The notes below the pieces were generated by a model. The model ran no database searches and was not told the DNA's origin. It was given only the letters and a program-made list of their open reading frames with translations. The position numbers were made by a program, and so were the translations under genes. A stretch of 61,013 nt of DNA, counting the filler, from Sphacelaria rigidula (Eukaryota): the NCBI GenBank assembly GCA_964200075.2. It is 9 parts of 9 records of this genome, joined end to end, with 100 filler letters (N's around TTAATTAATTAA, not from the genome) between each part and the next. Parts side by side here need not be neighbours in the genome. Positions count along the whole stretch, not along the records: positions 6,792 to 13,482 come from CAXNAA020018598.1; positions 13,583 to 20,273 come from CAXNAA020018599.1; positions 20,374 to 27,063 come from CAXNAA020018600.1; 6 more parts are not named here. One strand, 5' to 3'. The first letter of the stretch is position 1. The number at the start of each line of letters is the position of its first letter. Of the stretch, positions 12,588 through 25,509 are shown in pieces.

Positions 12588-13582
12588 AACTGCATGGCTC
12601 AGCGGTACCGTTTTCCCCTGGATGGGTGCTAAAACATGAATAACTTTACTCGTGAATTGTCAGACGTGTGTTGAAAACACAAGAGGGGAGAACGGACAAA
12701 ATATACCAATATGGGCCCCAGGCTAGATAAAATTAGCACCCACATCAAGAACAGTCTGAAGACACCCCTGCCAGGGAGGACCTCAGGTTAACCCTCAGAC
12801 TGCAGTGCGGGTAGTCCATCTGGATCACGCATACTTTTTCAAGTGAAGATTGATGCCGGTTCAGCAGGTGACCTACCCTCGCGGTCGAAGGGTTAAGGAG
12901 ATCGAGCGTAGTAGAAGGAGGCCCATTGATGTAGTCAATTGAAACAAAAAACTACAATGTTTTGTTCTCTTTTTTTTTGCTGCGAACTTCATCCCACCAT
13001 TTACCGCTGTTGTGCTGTTTGTTTGTTTGCTCGTTTGTTTGCTTTTTTGGGGGGAATATATCCCGTTTTTTTCCATTTGTTGAAGGGATGCGCTAATGGA
13101 GGTGGAGCATGCGCACATGATGCCGGAGGCCGTACAGGGACTGACCGTTCGGGACGGCCAGGTGACGATCGAGCAGTGAAGCTTGTTGAGTGACAATACT
13201 GTACCTGCAGTGGAATGTTTTTGTTATTCTGTTGTGATGATCGGTTGATTGTCGCCCTTTAAGTGACACCCCTCTCTACCATGGGATGGCCCACCGTGGT
13301 ATTGCCATTTTCTTGTCGTTACTTTCGTGGTAACATACCGTGGTATCTTATTTTGTGTCATTTTTCACAACATACGGATGATGGTATCTTATTTTGTGTC
13401 ATTGTTCGACTGCTGCCGAGATAGCCCCCCCCCAAACCGGCCAAAAACGTGCACGGAGGCGATGATCATAACTGCCGTTAAANNNNNNNNNNNNNNNNNN
13501 NNNNNNNNNNNNNNNNNNNNNNNNNNTTAATTAATTAANNNNNNNNNNNNNNNNNNNNNNNNNNNNNNNNNNNNNNNNNNNN

Positions 13583-13916
13583 TAATAGCTATTGATGAAG
13601 AACTCACTTAATCTATTGATGACGGCAGTGGCTATCGATGGATGGCTCACCAAACCTATTGGTAACGGCAATGGCTATCGATATATACAACCCAGGATCT
13701 ATTGCGGTACACCATTTCCATCGATGGCGAGTGATCTTTATCTATTGTAATTGCCATAGGCTATCGATCGACTATTGCAACATCTATTCTTCATTGCAAT
13801 ACATATCAATAGATGTGTTTCACCGTCCATCGTGTTCGATAATATAGATCAATAGTTTTTCCCCGTGTCTATTGCTGAAGCAATGAACTATTATTGTGTC
13901 CATTGTCCAGGGTGTG
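13583..13916. mobile_element. Right part of the CACACCCTGGACAA-TIR element, with many CTATTG/CAATAG subterminal motifs
   Basis: Ends ttgtccagggtgtg, as at 17159-17172 and 41488-41502. Confidence 0.65.
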
Positions 13917-14547
13917 AAACCTTCACCCGACAAAATACAGAAATTGGTCGCTTATTCTGTCGAAAACAAACGGACCTAAGGGTAAGACACAGTGCAAGGG
14001 TTCAAGGGTCGGACGAAGTAATGATTCGTCTGGAAATTTCTTGATTTGAGTGTGATTGATTCGTACCGTACGAAGCAATTCTTAGGCTTTGTTTTCAGCG
14101 TTGCAACCCAGGTACGCGCAGCCCAGGCACGTGGAATGGAGCAGAAATTGCGTGGAGACCTTTTCGACCAGCAGCGTTCATTTTTTTTTTCTCTTTTTCG
14201 AGCAACCAGGCCTGAAAAGTCACGGGTTTGATGATTCGAACGGGCGATGATTCGTCCGAAACATGCAAGGGTTGTTGGTCGAGAAATGACCTAGGTCTTT
14301 AGCCTTACGCCATGTTTTCACAAGAAAATTATTATTATTGTTGTTGTTCTTATTGTTGTTCTTATTGTTGTTGTTGTTGTTGTTGTTGTTATAATCCTAT
14401 ATACTATTAGCCAAAATGATCCGCCGCTCGATACTGGAATCAAGTAAGCGTGAGATCCTTCTCGGAACACTAATTTACACTTCCCCAATCACAATCACGC
14501 CCAAGTATGGCCAGAGTGCAACTGTTCTTCCACGGAACAGGATCACA

Positions 14548-15030
14548 TATGCCGATACCCGATTTGTTTTGAAAAAAAAGGTTTTGAAAAATTGAACAAG
14601 AACTGGCGCATCTCAGTGCTGTCCGTGACATATACTGTTCGCGGGCAGAGCCCGACTATCACACCCACAGGTACTGTCTTTACGCTTCACTACACGAAAG
14701 GGCACAGAAAATGGCACTATACCTTCACGGCACAGCTCACATTTCCCGGCCGTGATGTATACTGTTGGTGGATACACGGCCAAGGAAAGATCCAACACTG
14801 AACTTTCATGCGGAACATGCAGTAGTACCACGTATGCCGATACCCGATCTGTTTCGAAAAACTGAACAAGCACTGGCGCATCAGAAGATAGTCTGCCCGA
14901 TATATACATATTGTTCGCGGATTGAGCCCGACTATCACACCCACAGCTACTGTCTTCACGCTTTCTTCTACATGCACGAAAAAACACAGACAATATCACT
15001 GTACTTCCACGGCGCAGCTCACGTTTCCTG
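14548..15030 (+). repeat. Diverged tandem duplication, period ~280 bp
   Basis: tatgccgatacccgat at 14548 and 14833; gagcccgactatcacacccacag present in both copies. Confidence 0.8.
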
Positions 15031-16710
15031 GATCACGTCGTGTTTTTGCAAGCGCTGGAATCCAACAAAGCGATGTTGCACCCTCAGTCATTTATGGAAC
15101 AATAACCCATGCATAAAGATCATCTTTTCCGACGGCGAGAGTACACACACACAAATTTGTGCAGTACAAAAATCAAGATAAGAGCGGAGCGACTTTACAC
15201 CGACATAAACGGTCTACAACGACACCTTCTCTCCGACAGAACAGAGAGTGTTTTGATGATCATTTATTGAACGATCGCCCATGAATAACATGATATTTTC
15301 CGACGGTAGTCGGGTTGCCTGCCTGCTAATCTTGATTCGTCCATCTGTGTGTGTGGTTCGTTTCGCTGTCCGTGTGCATGCCGTGTCGTGTGCTGCGCGC
15401 GATGTGATGCGCGATAGTGCTACTCAGACTGCGTATGCACTCATGTTACACTGACTGAACAGGCCGCCAATCCAGCACAAAACTACTCACCGGTTGGAGC
15501 CGATTCTTGCTGTGTGTGTACGCATTGGTCACCGTTTGCCCACCGATTATTTATACCTCACACAATACCTGCTTACTCCTCCGGGCTTGCACCCCACTGT
15601 CCCAAGATGAGCGCGACTCTCGTGACTGTCGAGGGCGGTATTCACCAAACACCTGTTTTTTTGTCACAAATCCATCGCCCCCCTCGCCGCTACCAGCGCT
15701 TGGAGGTGTGTCCCCTCACTACAGTCCTGGCCGGCGCCCGCCTTCCTGCGTCCACATTATCGCTCATTCTCCTCTTCATGTGTCACCACTTATCGACACT
15801 ACACACTTGGCTTGTGGCGTGGCGTGGTTTAGCTAAACTATCCCTCTACCGCGGGCGATTGTGTACTGCATGTTCCATCATGTTTCATCATCGCTTCGGG
15901 GATGAGTTTCCACTGTTACGTTTTCTCCCGTTTCCATCGGAAAGCGATCTTCAATAATACAAAAAAATGTAGTGTTTGCAGCGTGTGCGGATTTCGAAAC
16001 CTTGAACGAACGTGACAAACTTTACCGTCTCTGCATATATGTGACCACGGAAGGCGTCCGCATCAGATGCCCAGTACGAATGTACCGCGCAGATATCGGA
16101 ACGGTTTTTAACAACGACAACAACAACAACAACATATATGTAGAACAAACAATTTGTATGGCAGTCGCGAAAACGGATCTGTACACAGATCAGGGGACCT
16201 CAGATCCGGAAACGCATTGTACGGACCCCAACTTCGGCAAAATCGGGGAGGCTCAGATTCGTTCGTCACGATTTGAGAACGGTTTTACACGAATCTGAGC
16301 GCAGACCCGTGGAAGATCGAGGTCCCCCGAATCTGTAGCAACTGATGTACGCATGTTGACGTACAAACAGGGATGTCCGGGCAGAGGGCGTTTGGTATTT
16401 TTGCAACATCAGCACCAGACAGTCTCGTGACAGAACAGACGGTGCCTGCGAGCGCCGGCTGATGCAGCAGCTCCGCACAGGGTGTGACAAGCGAGTAAGA
16501 AGTGTTGACGCGTATCCTGCGGTGGATTTGTAGGATTTGTTCAGCGTAACGTTGGATAGCTAACACAGGAACGTAATGTTGGATAGCTGTCTTCAACACC
16601 CGGTCGATGGGTTCAGCGGTGACCGTGTCCATGATACATTACTGCTGCTGTTATTCCTGCTGGGTGGTGGTCACTCGCTTGTGCGTGCGTTTGAGCGTCT
16701 GTGTATGTGT

Positions 16711-16936
16711 TGTGTGTGTGTGTGTGTGTGTGTGTACTCATACCCCATCCAAGAGCGGTGGACCGGCAAGGGCCGTTCTTCACAGATGCATATATACTCT
16801 TCGGGACTTTCAAACCAAGATATCTGCGGTGTGTGTATGTGTGTGTGTGTGCACTCATACTGTACCCCATCCAAGAGTGGTGGACCGGCAAGGGTCGTTC
16901 GTCACAGATGCATGTATACTCTTCGGTACTTTCAAA
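16711..16936 (+). repeat. Two ~120-bp tandem units, each led by (TG)n
   Basis: taccccatccaagag.ggtggaccggcaaggg.cgttc.tcacagatgcat occurs twice. Confidence 0.85.
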
Positions 16937-17195
16937 TCATGATAACTGCGGACAAACATCTGTACTGGAAAAATTGATACTGCAAGCACACTCAAATGAA
17001 GACAATTGCGGATAAACGTTGGCATGTTGGCAGCCCACAAACACAAACGTCAGTGGCACCACCCCTTCCCAACATGAGCGATTTGCTTTGCTTTTGCTTT
17101 TACTGAAGACGCATTGGTCGACACTGCACGCCGTGAACTGCTTGACATTGTAATGCATTGTCCAGGGTGTGGATTCTTGATTCTGCGAGTCGTTC

Positions 17196-17400
17196 GCCCC
17201 CGTGGCTCAGTCGCTAACCTCGGAATCTTCGGATGGTTGAGTCGTGGGTTCGAATCTCGGTGCAGTCACATGATCTGGGATTTCTTTCGCACAATGCCCA
17301 ACAACAGTGGAGAGCGACTATATCGTAGGTACACACAAAACTACTCACCGGTGGGAGACGATACCTCACCGACCATATACCACTCTTTACAGAGGATCCT
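17196..17400 (+). mobile_element. tRNA-derived SINE family B (second head truncated by the contig end at 40609-40643)
   Basis: A box GTGGCTCAGTCG, B box GGTTCGAATCTC; no closing acceptor stem; head repeated at 40609 gccccggtggctcagttggtaacctcg; 3' limit approximate. Confidence 0.65.
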
Positions 17401-19617
17401 GAGAAATAGAAAGGTTGAACCAAATTGATGATAATCAAAATGACTTTCAACTCCAATCAGTGCTTTGCTGACCTAAAGTAGTGACATATTACTTTCATAC
17501 ATGGACGACCTCATCCCCTCCGATCTCCCTGAAAATATTTTGGGGGGTTTCTAGCCTTCCCTTCCCGCAGAGGGCATGTGCGAAAACACATTTTTGCCTC
17601 GATGTTGGGGTGACAAAGGGGGACGCTTTTTCGCCCGATAATGGTTTGTTTGCATAGTCATACCCTGTCGGAGGACGGAAGCCTCGAAACCCCCCATATG
17701 TGATGGTAAATGAGTACCTGAAATAAAACTAGTTCCTTATGGATATGGAGATGGTCCCTAGAAACGACCAGCGGGTATGGAAAGATTCTAGTCGAATGTG
17801 TGTCTGTATGAGACAGGATTGTATCCTTGTATTGTTGACGCAGCGGGTTGAAGGTAGATGGATTGTACCCGATTAGCCGCGTGTACCTGCTGCTACTACA
17901 GCCTTGATTACCTAAAGGTACGGCGCATCACGGTGATTTTGTATCATGACGAGATTGTAAGCGGGGCAGACGGACGTATGGGCAGCGGTCCCACCTGTCT
18001 TCACTCGAAAACCCCGACTACAGTCTTCAGGCGTAATTGGATATAAAGAAGAGCTTTACTCGTCATCTACCCATCGATCTCCTGTCTTCAGTGTCGCGAG
18101 TCCACGGCCTTATTGACGTGAGTCTTAGCTGTGCTGTACTATCACCCTCATACATTTTGATATTGTATTCTGGCTTGGGGGCCGTGTGGTTTTTCCCTTT
18201 GACAGCTGGGCTATTGTATTGAGAGATTGAAACAGTAGTTTTGAGTGTAGCAAGTCAATCCAGGACCGCTGGCCGGTACCTCACAAGGGTGTGGCTTGCT
18301 GCTTGCGTTCGGCGTGTACGGCTTTACTGCTTGCGGTAGTTGCTTATACTACCACATTCATGGGGCTTCAGAGGTAGCTTGTTTTATTCACGCTGTACGG
18401 TTTTTCTCTTTCGATCGGCCGCTGCTTACACACAGCCCAACACCAGCTCACGGTCTTCTCTCGAAAACCTTGTATTTTCGGCCCTTGTTTTCATTTGATA
18501 TTTGTGTACATGATTTAGTGGTGTAATACACCAAGGTAATTACGAGCTTCTTAGACAGCTGTTCTCTCTTTTACTCGGAGTTCAACAGCATCCCGACTCG
18601 AGTTAGCTGCAGGTGTTCGATGTGTCATACAGTACCCACGTTGGCTTCAGGCAGTGGCAACCGAACCATAAAGCGCTCAAGGTACGAGCGCACACGTCAG
18701 CCCTCTCTTGCTGCACAAGCATATTCCCCGCACCCTGCAGGTCATATCGACGGTACAAGCCAACCCACTGTGGCGGATGCGCTCTCTCTGGCAACGTTTT
18801 ACTCTGCACAAAGAACGCATAGCATTTTCATGCACACTCGATCTGAGGTGCCGTGTCCTTTTTCACCCACGGGCGGTTCTCGGATAATAGAGCCGCTCAC
18901 ACGTTCATTGTTCAGATACGCCCCTCAAGGGTCCGTAGCTTTTTCACCACCCTCCCTACCACCTGCCCCCGCAAGCGCCCCTGCTCACAGTCCGTCGATT
19001 CTGTATCAACCGAATCGACCGACATGTGTCCAAACACACGCCGATTCATGCTTGCAGGTAGAGAGTTCGCGGGCTATTCCAATCGCCGCCCGCTGTACAT
19101 TCGACTTCTCTTGCCCAAACACGGAACGTTGAGCCACCATGCGCACGGAATTATATCGATGCGGCATGATGGACCAGGATATGAATGTTGTCTGTACACG
19201 AGCATGATTGAACACGGCGATGCGCGAGGCTCATGTTACTTGTACACAAGCGCTCGACTCTGTAATTTTGTCACTTTTGTACGGCACCAGTGTACACTAC
19301 AGTTTGATTGCCGCCGCCCCAAACACACACACCTACGGTTTGTTGTGTGCCTTGCGACATTTTTTTTCTTTTCTTTTTCTCTCGTCCGCACCTGATTGAC
19401 AAGGCGGTAGATCTCAGGCATGTGCGGAGTGCGCGGAACTACATGTCGATCGACTGTCGACAGTACCCTGCCACTCTGTTCCTTTTTATTTTATTTTGTT
19501 TTGTTCACGCCGCCTCAGTCCTGAACAACGATGCTCCATTCCACTTCGAATGTTCACTTTTCAACCTCTGCATCTCTACGTTACCGGTTTGGCGCAAATT
19601 GCGCAGGTGTACAAGCA

Positions 19618-20273
19618 ATGTCTGATATCTACCGCCCTTCGACCTCATCGGAGCACGATGTCACGAAGAACGGTGCGATCCCGACAGACACTGGTGAACA
19701 ACCGTACAAGTCAACCCAAACCATGCGTAGTGAGACGATCGACAACAACACACCGGACTGTTTCGAAGATGATAGCGTTCTTGCAGCACGTATTTTCAGA
19801 GATGTGGCTGAAGATTTCGATGAGGACCGTAGTTCTCCCCACGCTCACCCCCCCTCCCTCAGTGAACATACCACTACACACCAAGCAGCCACCCAAAATG
19901 CTGACGCTGTTCCCACTTTTCATTCTCAGATGGCATCTCTTCACGTGAGCCCTGATGCTACGAAAACCTTTCCTGGCGATGACCTCCGCACCCAAACTGG
20001 TGCTGAATCCTCTGATCGCTCCACTGCGGCTTTTGATCCGTCGCCCACATTGGAACAATACCTGCCCACGAATGACGAAACACACGACCGGCTTCGGCAA
20101 AAGCGTCCGGCCTTCATTCCACCGCGCAATTGGTACAACTTCTCAAAGGCTGAACAAACAGAGTGTTGGGATCAGATCCGCAGTAACGATCTAGCACACC
20201 ACATGGAACTCGAGCACAGAGAGTTGGAATTTGCCCGCCTACAGGTATCTACAAGGGTCCAGGAGCCCGCTCA
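19618..20273 (+). CDS. Intronless open frame running off the contig; possible LTR-retrotransposon gag N-terminus
   Basis: 218 codons open from MSDIYRP; preceded by PBS-like TGGCGCAAATTGCGCAGG at 19590; no diagnostic domain reached. Confidence 0.35.
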
Positions 20274-22399
20274 NNNNNNNNNNNNNNNNNNNNNNNNNNN
20301 NNNNNNNNNNNNNNNNNTTAATTAATTAANNNNNNNNNNNNNNNNNNNNNNNNNNNNNNNNNNNNNNNNNNNNCCCACCCCCCCCCCCCCCCCACAGGTT
20401 CTCCTTCTCGAAAGGGATGCGTGGTCAATGGTCAAACGACTAAGGCAAGCAACAAATGAGTACGCCCCCCCCCCCCCCCCCCACACACTCGGGCGCACCG
20501 CCACCAACGCCGCCATCTCCAGCTTCACCGGAATGTGGTTCCGCAGGGGTGCCACTGTCGTCTCGGCGTTATTGATGTTTACACTATGTAAGCCAGCTCT
20601 TGCATGAGGTAAGGGGTTGCCTTCGGGTTGTCGGCTAACAAATCATGCAGTGTCATGAGTGAGTCGTCAATATAAATCAGCATCTCCACCACGACAGACT
20701 CTTACTGTGCTGCCTCCTCCGTCTGCGATGGTGTGGCTATTTCCCCCAGCGTTGCCACCCCTTCCATTGCCATCCCCCCCACCGACGGCACAGTGGTCGC
20801 CAGCGGCGCCGGTATTACTGTCTTCTGCACCTCGGCCATGGCACTCCTCTGCTCTATGGGCTCTTTGCACAGCTAGCAAAAAATCCGTCGCCTACTCTGT
20901 CTTGCCGATCGATCCCATTGTCTCTTCTAGTGACACGTGCAGGGTCAGGGCCGTTCCTACATCTTCAAACGCTGGACCTCCCGTGGTCGTGTGCCGCTTC
21001 GCCGACGGTCTCATTGCTATCATCGGCGTCGCCGTGGCTGAGGGTACAACTGATGTGTGGCCCGTTGCCGGCAGCATGCCCTACGATGCTGCCATCATCA
21101 GCGGTTTTGTGAGCAACACAGTCGGCGTCTTCGACTTCTGCGGTACAGCGGCTGCTCGGGAGCATCTCTCGACCTCTTCGGGTGCCTTGAAGCCCCGCGC
21201 CCAACTTTTCGCATCGGCCCAGCATCTGTTCTTACGCCACCCGCAGCCGCCCTCCTCTCCGATTCGCCGCCGCCATCGAAACCGTCGTTACGGTGATCTC
21301 CACCGGTACCTATACCTATTTTCCCACCGATAACACCGCTGCTTCTGTCTGCGCCAGGACATGCATCATCCCTCGTATCGTCTGCCCCACCACCGTTCTC
21401 CTACCCTCGGCCGCCAGCAGTATCAGGGTCTTCTTCAACCCTCCTCCGACTCGCTGATCCGCCGTTGCCGTTGCCGGCGCCACCATTGCTGCGTCCTCCT
21501 CCTGCTGCGAAACTCCTGTCTTCACATCTTCCACTCCCGTTAACTGGCACGTCTCGGGCTGCTACCGCACGAGGTGCCGCCACCGCCTTCGGCCTGGTCT
21601 CCTCCCGCGCATCTAATGTCGTCCCCAACCTCGTTTGACCTCGAATCGGCCGCGCAGTGCCGGGGCTTGGGAGCGGCGCCAGCTCCGTAACCGCTGTACG
21701 CTTGGTGTCAAGGAGGAGGCGGAGGTGTTTACACCGTTGTTGCCTTCGTCGATGTTGCTGGTCCCAACGCTGTCGGCGACGTACAATATCCCCTCCTAGT
21801 CGCCGCTTCTACCGTGCCCCGAAGATTGATAGCATCACTACCCGCTCCCGCGCTGACTTCGAGCAACCCAGTCGACCCTTGACGTCGGAAGGCGGTGGTA
21901 TCTATAGAAATAGCGGGGGGAAACTACTGAACCATGTCGCTACTGAGGTGTTCGGGGACCAGGATGGCGAGGGACTACGCCAGAAAGATGTTGATTTGTA
22001 GCGTGTGAAAGAGGTCATGTCGGTGAGCCATCTCCAGACGACTGCAACACAAACGCCTGGCGCTACGAGGGAGACATGAGGCTGCTGGAGACAAAACGTT
22101 TAATCCTCGGGCGTAGAGGTAGATCATGACGTCAATATCGACGATAATAGTCGTCATCGGCGGGTATGCCTGGAGTTCCTACTCACAAACGTTTCTGCGG
22201 GTTGTAATTTTGTTGTTAGTTATAATTTCTAACGGTTCTGGTGTTGGTTGAATGTTTGTTTGCCTTTGCTTCTATTTTTATTGTCGCCTTGCCCTTCATT
22301 TTGTGTTGGAGAATGTTTTTTTTCGTTTTTTTTTTTTTCTGATTTCGGTTTCGTGTCCTCATGTTTTTTTTTCCGAGTTTGTTTCTACAATTGTACTGC

Positions 22400-23070
22400 G
22401 CAGCTCTTGTCTTGTAACCCCCACTTTCACCGATGGGCATGATCTCGTCTTGGTTTCCTCCTGTCCTTTCATACCTTTGTGACTACGCTGTCCCACCATA
22501 TTCCAGCCTGCCCTTTCGTCACTTTCTTACACACAGCCCCAGCAACTATGGCTGCAAATCTCTTCCTTGGCACGTTCCTTACGTGATGACGGCATTTCAA
22601 TTTTCTCATATTTCCGTTGTTTTCAGTGGGTACATTCCCAATTCTGCTCTCAATACTGTATTCCTCGTCGTTTTTGAGCATCCAAGTATATTCTTAGCTG
22701 CTGGCATCTGTATGGTTTCCAGCTGCTGCACCAACTTCGCGTTCCCTTGCCATACTTCTCTTGCATGTTCTGTATAGCTTTGGTGTAATCACCTTCACCA
22801 CTACCAGGATACATATATTAATCCTAGTATCTAGCTGCGAGTCTCATAGGATCACGTCCATCTAGCCTATCTATGCTTTACCCTTGCCTGGTACTGCATC
22901 TTAGCATGCATCCCGAGCACAGTTTTTGTATATCTCGGCGCCAAGGTGTGTACACCGATCTACGATCGGCAATTCCTCTTCTCCTCACTTTCGTTTGAAC
23001 TTCACCGAATTTTTCTTATCTTCGTTATATTCGACTACTACATGTTTCTCGGATGGTAACCTAGTACAAG
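22400..23070 (-). mobile_element. Decayed LINE ORF2 3' fragment (RT thumb/C-terminal region)
   Basis: Minus-strand pieces ELPIVDRCTHLGAEI and QQLETIQMPAAKNILGCSKTTRNTVLRAELGMYPLKT with frameshifts. Confidence 0.75.
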
Positions 23071-24113
23071 TATATGTTGGATAATAACACAGTTGTCTGA
23101 GTAGCTCCCCCTACCGAAATATTCAAGTATTCTTGTCTTTTTTCAGGAATCGCTCAAGGACGTACATTAATTATCACCACCCACTTTATTCAAAGTAGTA
23201 TTCACTAGTGGCACGGTAATAGCAATAGAAGCAGCAAAACAAGGAGTCAACCGCGAGATGTTTGCGAGTGATTTCGTGGGGATATCAAGGGATATCGGAA
23301 ACAGCAGAAATATTCAGAAACAAATGTGAAGGGGCTAGGATTGGACTAATGTGCGGAAAAAATTATAATAATACTAAATCCCAGGAAAGCATGAGAGACC
23401 CGGAAACACGAAAAATCGCAAAAAAATGGGCCAGAAAATGTGAAAATCGCGACACCACCATTGATTTTGAACACGTCCGTGATGTTCACCTATGCACGCT
23501 CCGTCCAACATTTTGTTGGCATGAAATTGCTAGTGCTCGACGTGAAAATGTTCAAAATCGGTCAATGATGGGGTACATATGGATCAGAGAGGGTCAAAAT
23601 GGGGTATATTTCGATACAAATTTAGTGATGAAATGAAGTGTTTTTTTCGTGTTTTTTTTCATCAGCTTAGTCTGCGCTTTACCTCTTTAACGAACCCAAC
23701 ATAGAATGATCATCAACGTTGAAATACCCAAACGATGAAACTCCCATGAGGACCTTCACTTATGGCACAGGTTATGGCACAGAGGAATTACACACTACAA
23801 TACTCCTGCAGCACGAACGGACTAAAACGGACAGCTTCGCTTTGCAGCGGCGGTTGGTTGGTTGACGGTTGATAAAACGAACCTGAGGACATTTACGGGC
23901 TGAGCCAGCCTGAAAACGAAATAATATGAGCGTTGCAGGCGATTTATCATCTTGATTTTGAGAGTTATGCTTTGAAATTTGATGCGGATCAGCGCTCCAG
24001 ATAGGGCAAAGGCCGTTTGCTCTGTAGCAAGGGCCCACTAGCAGGGCCACCGAAGGCCGCTCCCCGGGTAGGGGCCGCTGTAGTCGAACTTTTGGGCATA
24101 TAGTAATGCCCCC

Positions 24114-24405
24114 GCGCCCCGGTGGTGTAATGATCCGACTGTCGCCATTAGGGTGGAGAGAACGGGGGTTCGATTCCCGATGCGTTGGATTTTTCCTTCG
24201 TAATGTATGATTTCCACCGTGGGAAGCGTGAGAACGTGAGTAAACAAAAGTAGTCGACTGGGTTTGTGTGACATGAGTTGACGCGGTGCGGGAGTGCTGA
24301 CCCAATCCCCGAGATCAAAATGAAAGGCACGTACCGGGGGAGAGATATGTCGATCCCTTGAGACCACGGACTCATCCCGAGGAAGGGGAGGGGGTTCAGA
24401 GTGTG
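24114..24405 (+). mobile_element. tRNA-derived SINE family A, full length
   Basis: A box GGTGGTGTAATG, B box GGTTCGATTCC (24167-24177), followed by a ~220-bp non-tRNA body; three copies in the window. Confidence 0.8.
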
Positions 24406-24467
24406 AGGAAAACAATAAGTGTATTAGGAATAATGCCGGGATAGCCGCCCCCCCCCTCCCAGATTTG

Positions 24468-24561
24468 TTTTCCTCCTCAAAGCAGCCAATTTTCTGGGGG
24501 GTGTACTCATGCATGATCATGAGTACACCGCCCAGAAAATTGGCTGCTTCGAGGAGGAAAA
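24468..24561. repeat. Near-perfect 94-bp palindrome/hairpin
   Basis: ttttcctcctcaaagcagccaattttctggggggtgtactcatg pairs with catgagtacaccgcccagaaaattggctgcttcgaggaggaaaa, two mismatches. Confidence 0.9.
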
Positions 24562-25509
24562 ACCTACATGTGAATTTAGATGACAACAGCCGATAACACC
24601 GAGCAGCTAAGAAGCCCCCACGCTTGGGATTATTTCATACGTCGGACACCTCATGATGAGCTACCTGGATATTACTTGTTATTAGAGTACTGATCCGGAT
24701 CATGAGCTATGATTAATAGCTCATTTGGCCACAATTTCCGTATCAGCTCCCGACAGAGATTGACGCCGAGCACGCTGTGTAGCGGGAAGGTAACGCTTTG
24801 GCTTCTCGGACACTGCTGTCGCGTGTTTTGTATTTTGGTACAATGGATCTGGGAGTTATCTTCGAGTAGTCATTTCAGGTAGTTAGCTCATGAGCTGTCC
24901 GACGTGTGGATTGTTTTCGGCAATCAATGTCGCCCATATGAGGCGCTTCATCCAGTCTGAAACCAGCCATCGTGCGCTGTATGACCACTTTCTTCGTGAC
25001 TGTTTTGGGGCTGTTTATATTTTTTTGGGGGGGGGGGGCTGCTATCGCGGCATAATTCGTGAGCGAAATTTTTACCTTGAGTGAAGAAACAGGCGTTTAG
25101 CAACGTATAAATTATAGGCTTGCACCAGCTGTCCACCACAATGTATTAGGTGTTCGAAAGTATGTCTGACTGAGAGTAGCTGAATCTTTCCCCCAGTTTC
25201 TTCAATTATTTTTGCTGTTTAATCGTCACTTTTTAGTACTGTTTTTGATTAATCACTGTGTAAAACACTACCCATATTTCTTCACCAACCTCACGGCGAG
25301 GAAAGGTCCCTCTAAACAATCTCCTCGCCTCTTCCTAAGGCAACATAAAAAGCCGGACAATTGCCTTTTTTTGGAGTTTCTGAGTCGTTTTGCGCCCTGA
25401 AAGAGTGCAAGGCGGATTGTGAAACCCTGGAATGCCTTGCTCTACTCGACGAGACAGTTCCAGCACAACTGCGCGTTTTCCCGGTGGCCACAGTTTTTTG
25501 GCCACACCT

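Noticed and set aside
20659..22160. GC-rich overlapping ORFs on both strands
   Set aside because: Low-complexity, stop-interrupted, no recognisable domain; probably decayed retroelement sequence
24114..24190. tRNA gene (also 17196-17270)
   Set aside because: No proper acceptor or anticodon stems; attached to a repeated non-tRNA body, so a SINE head
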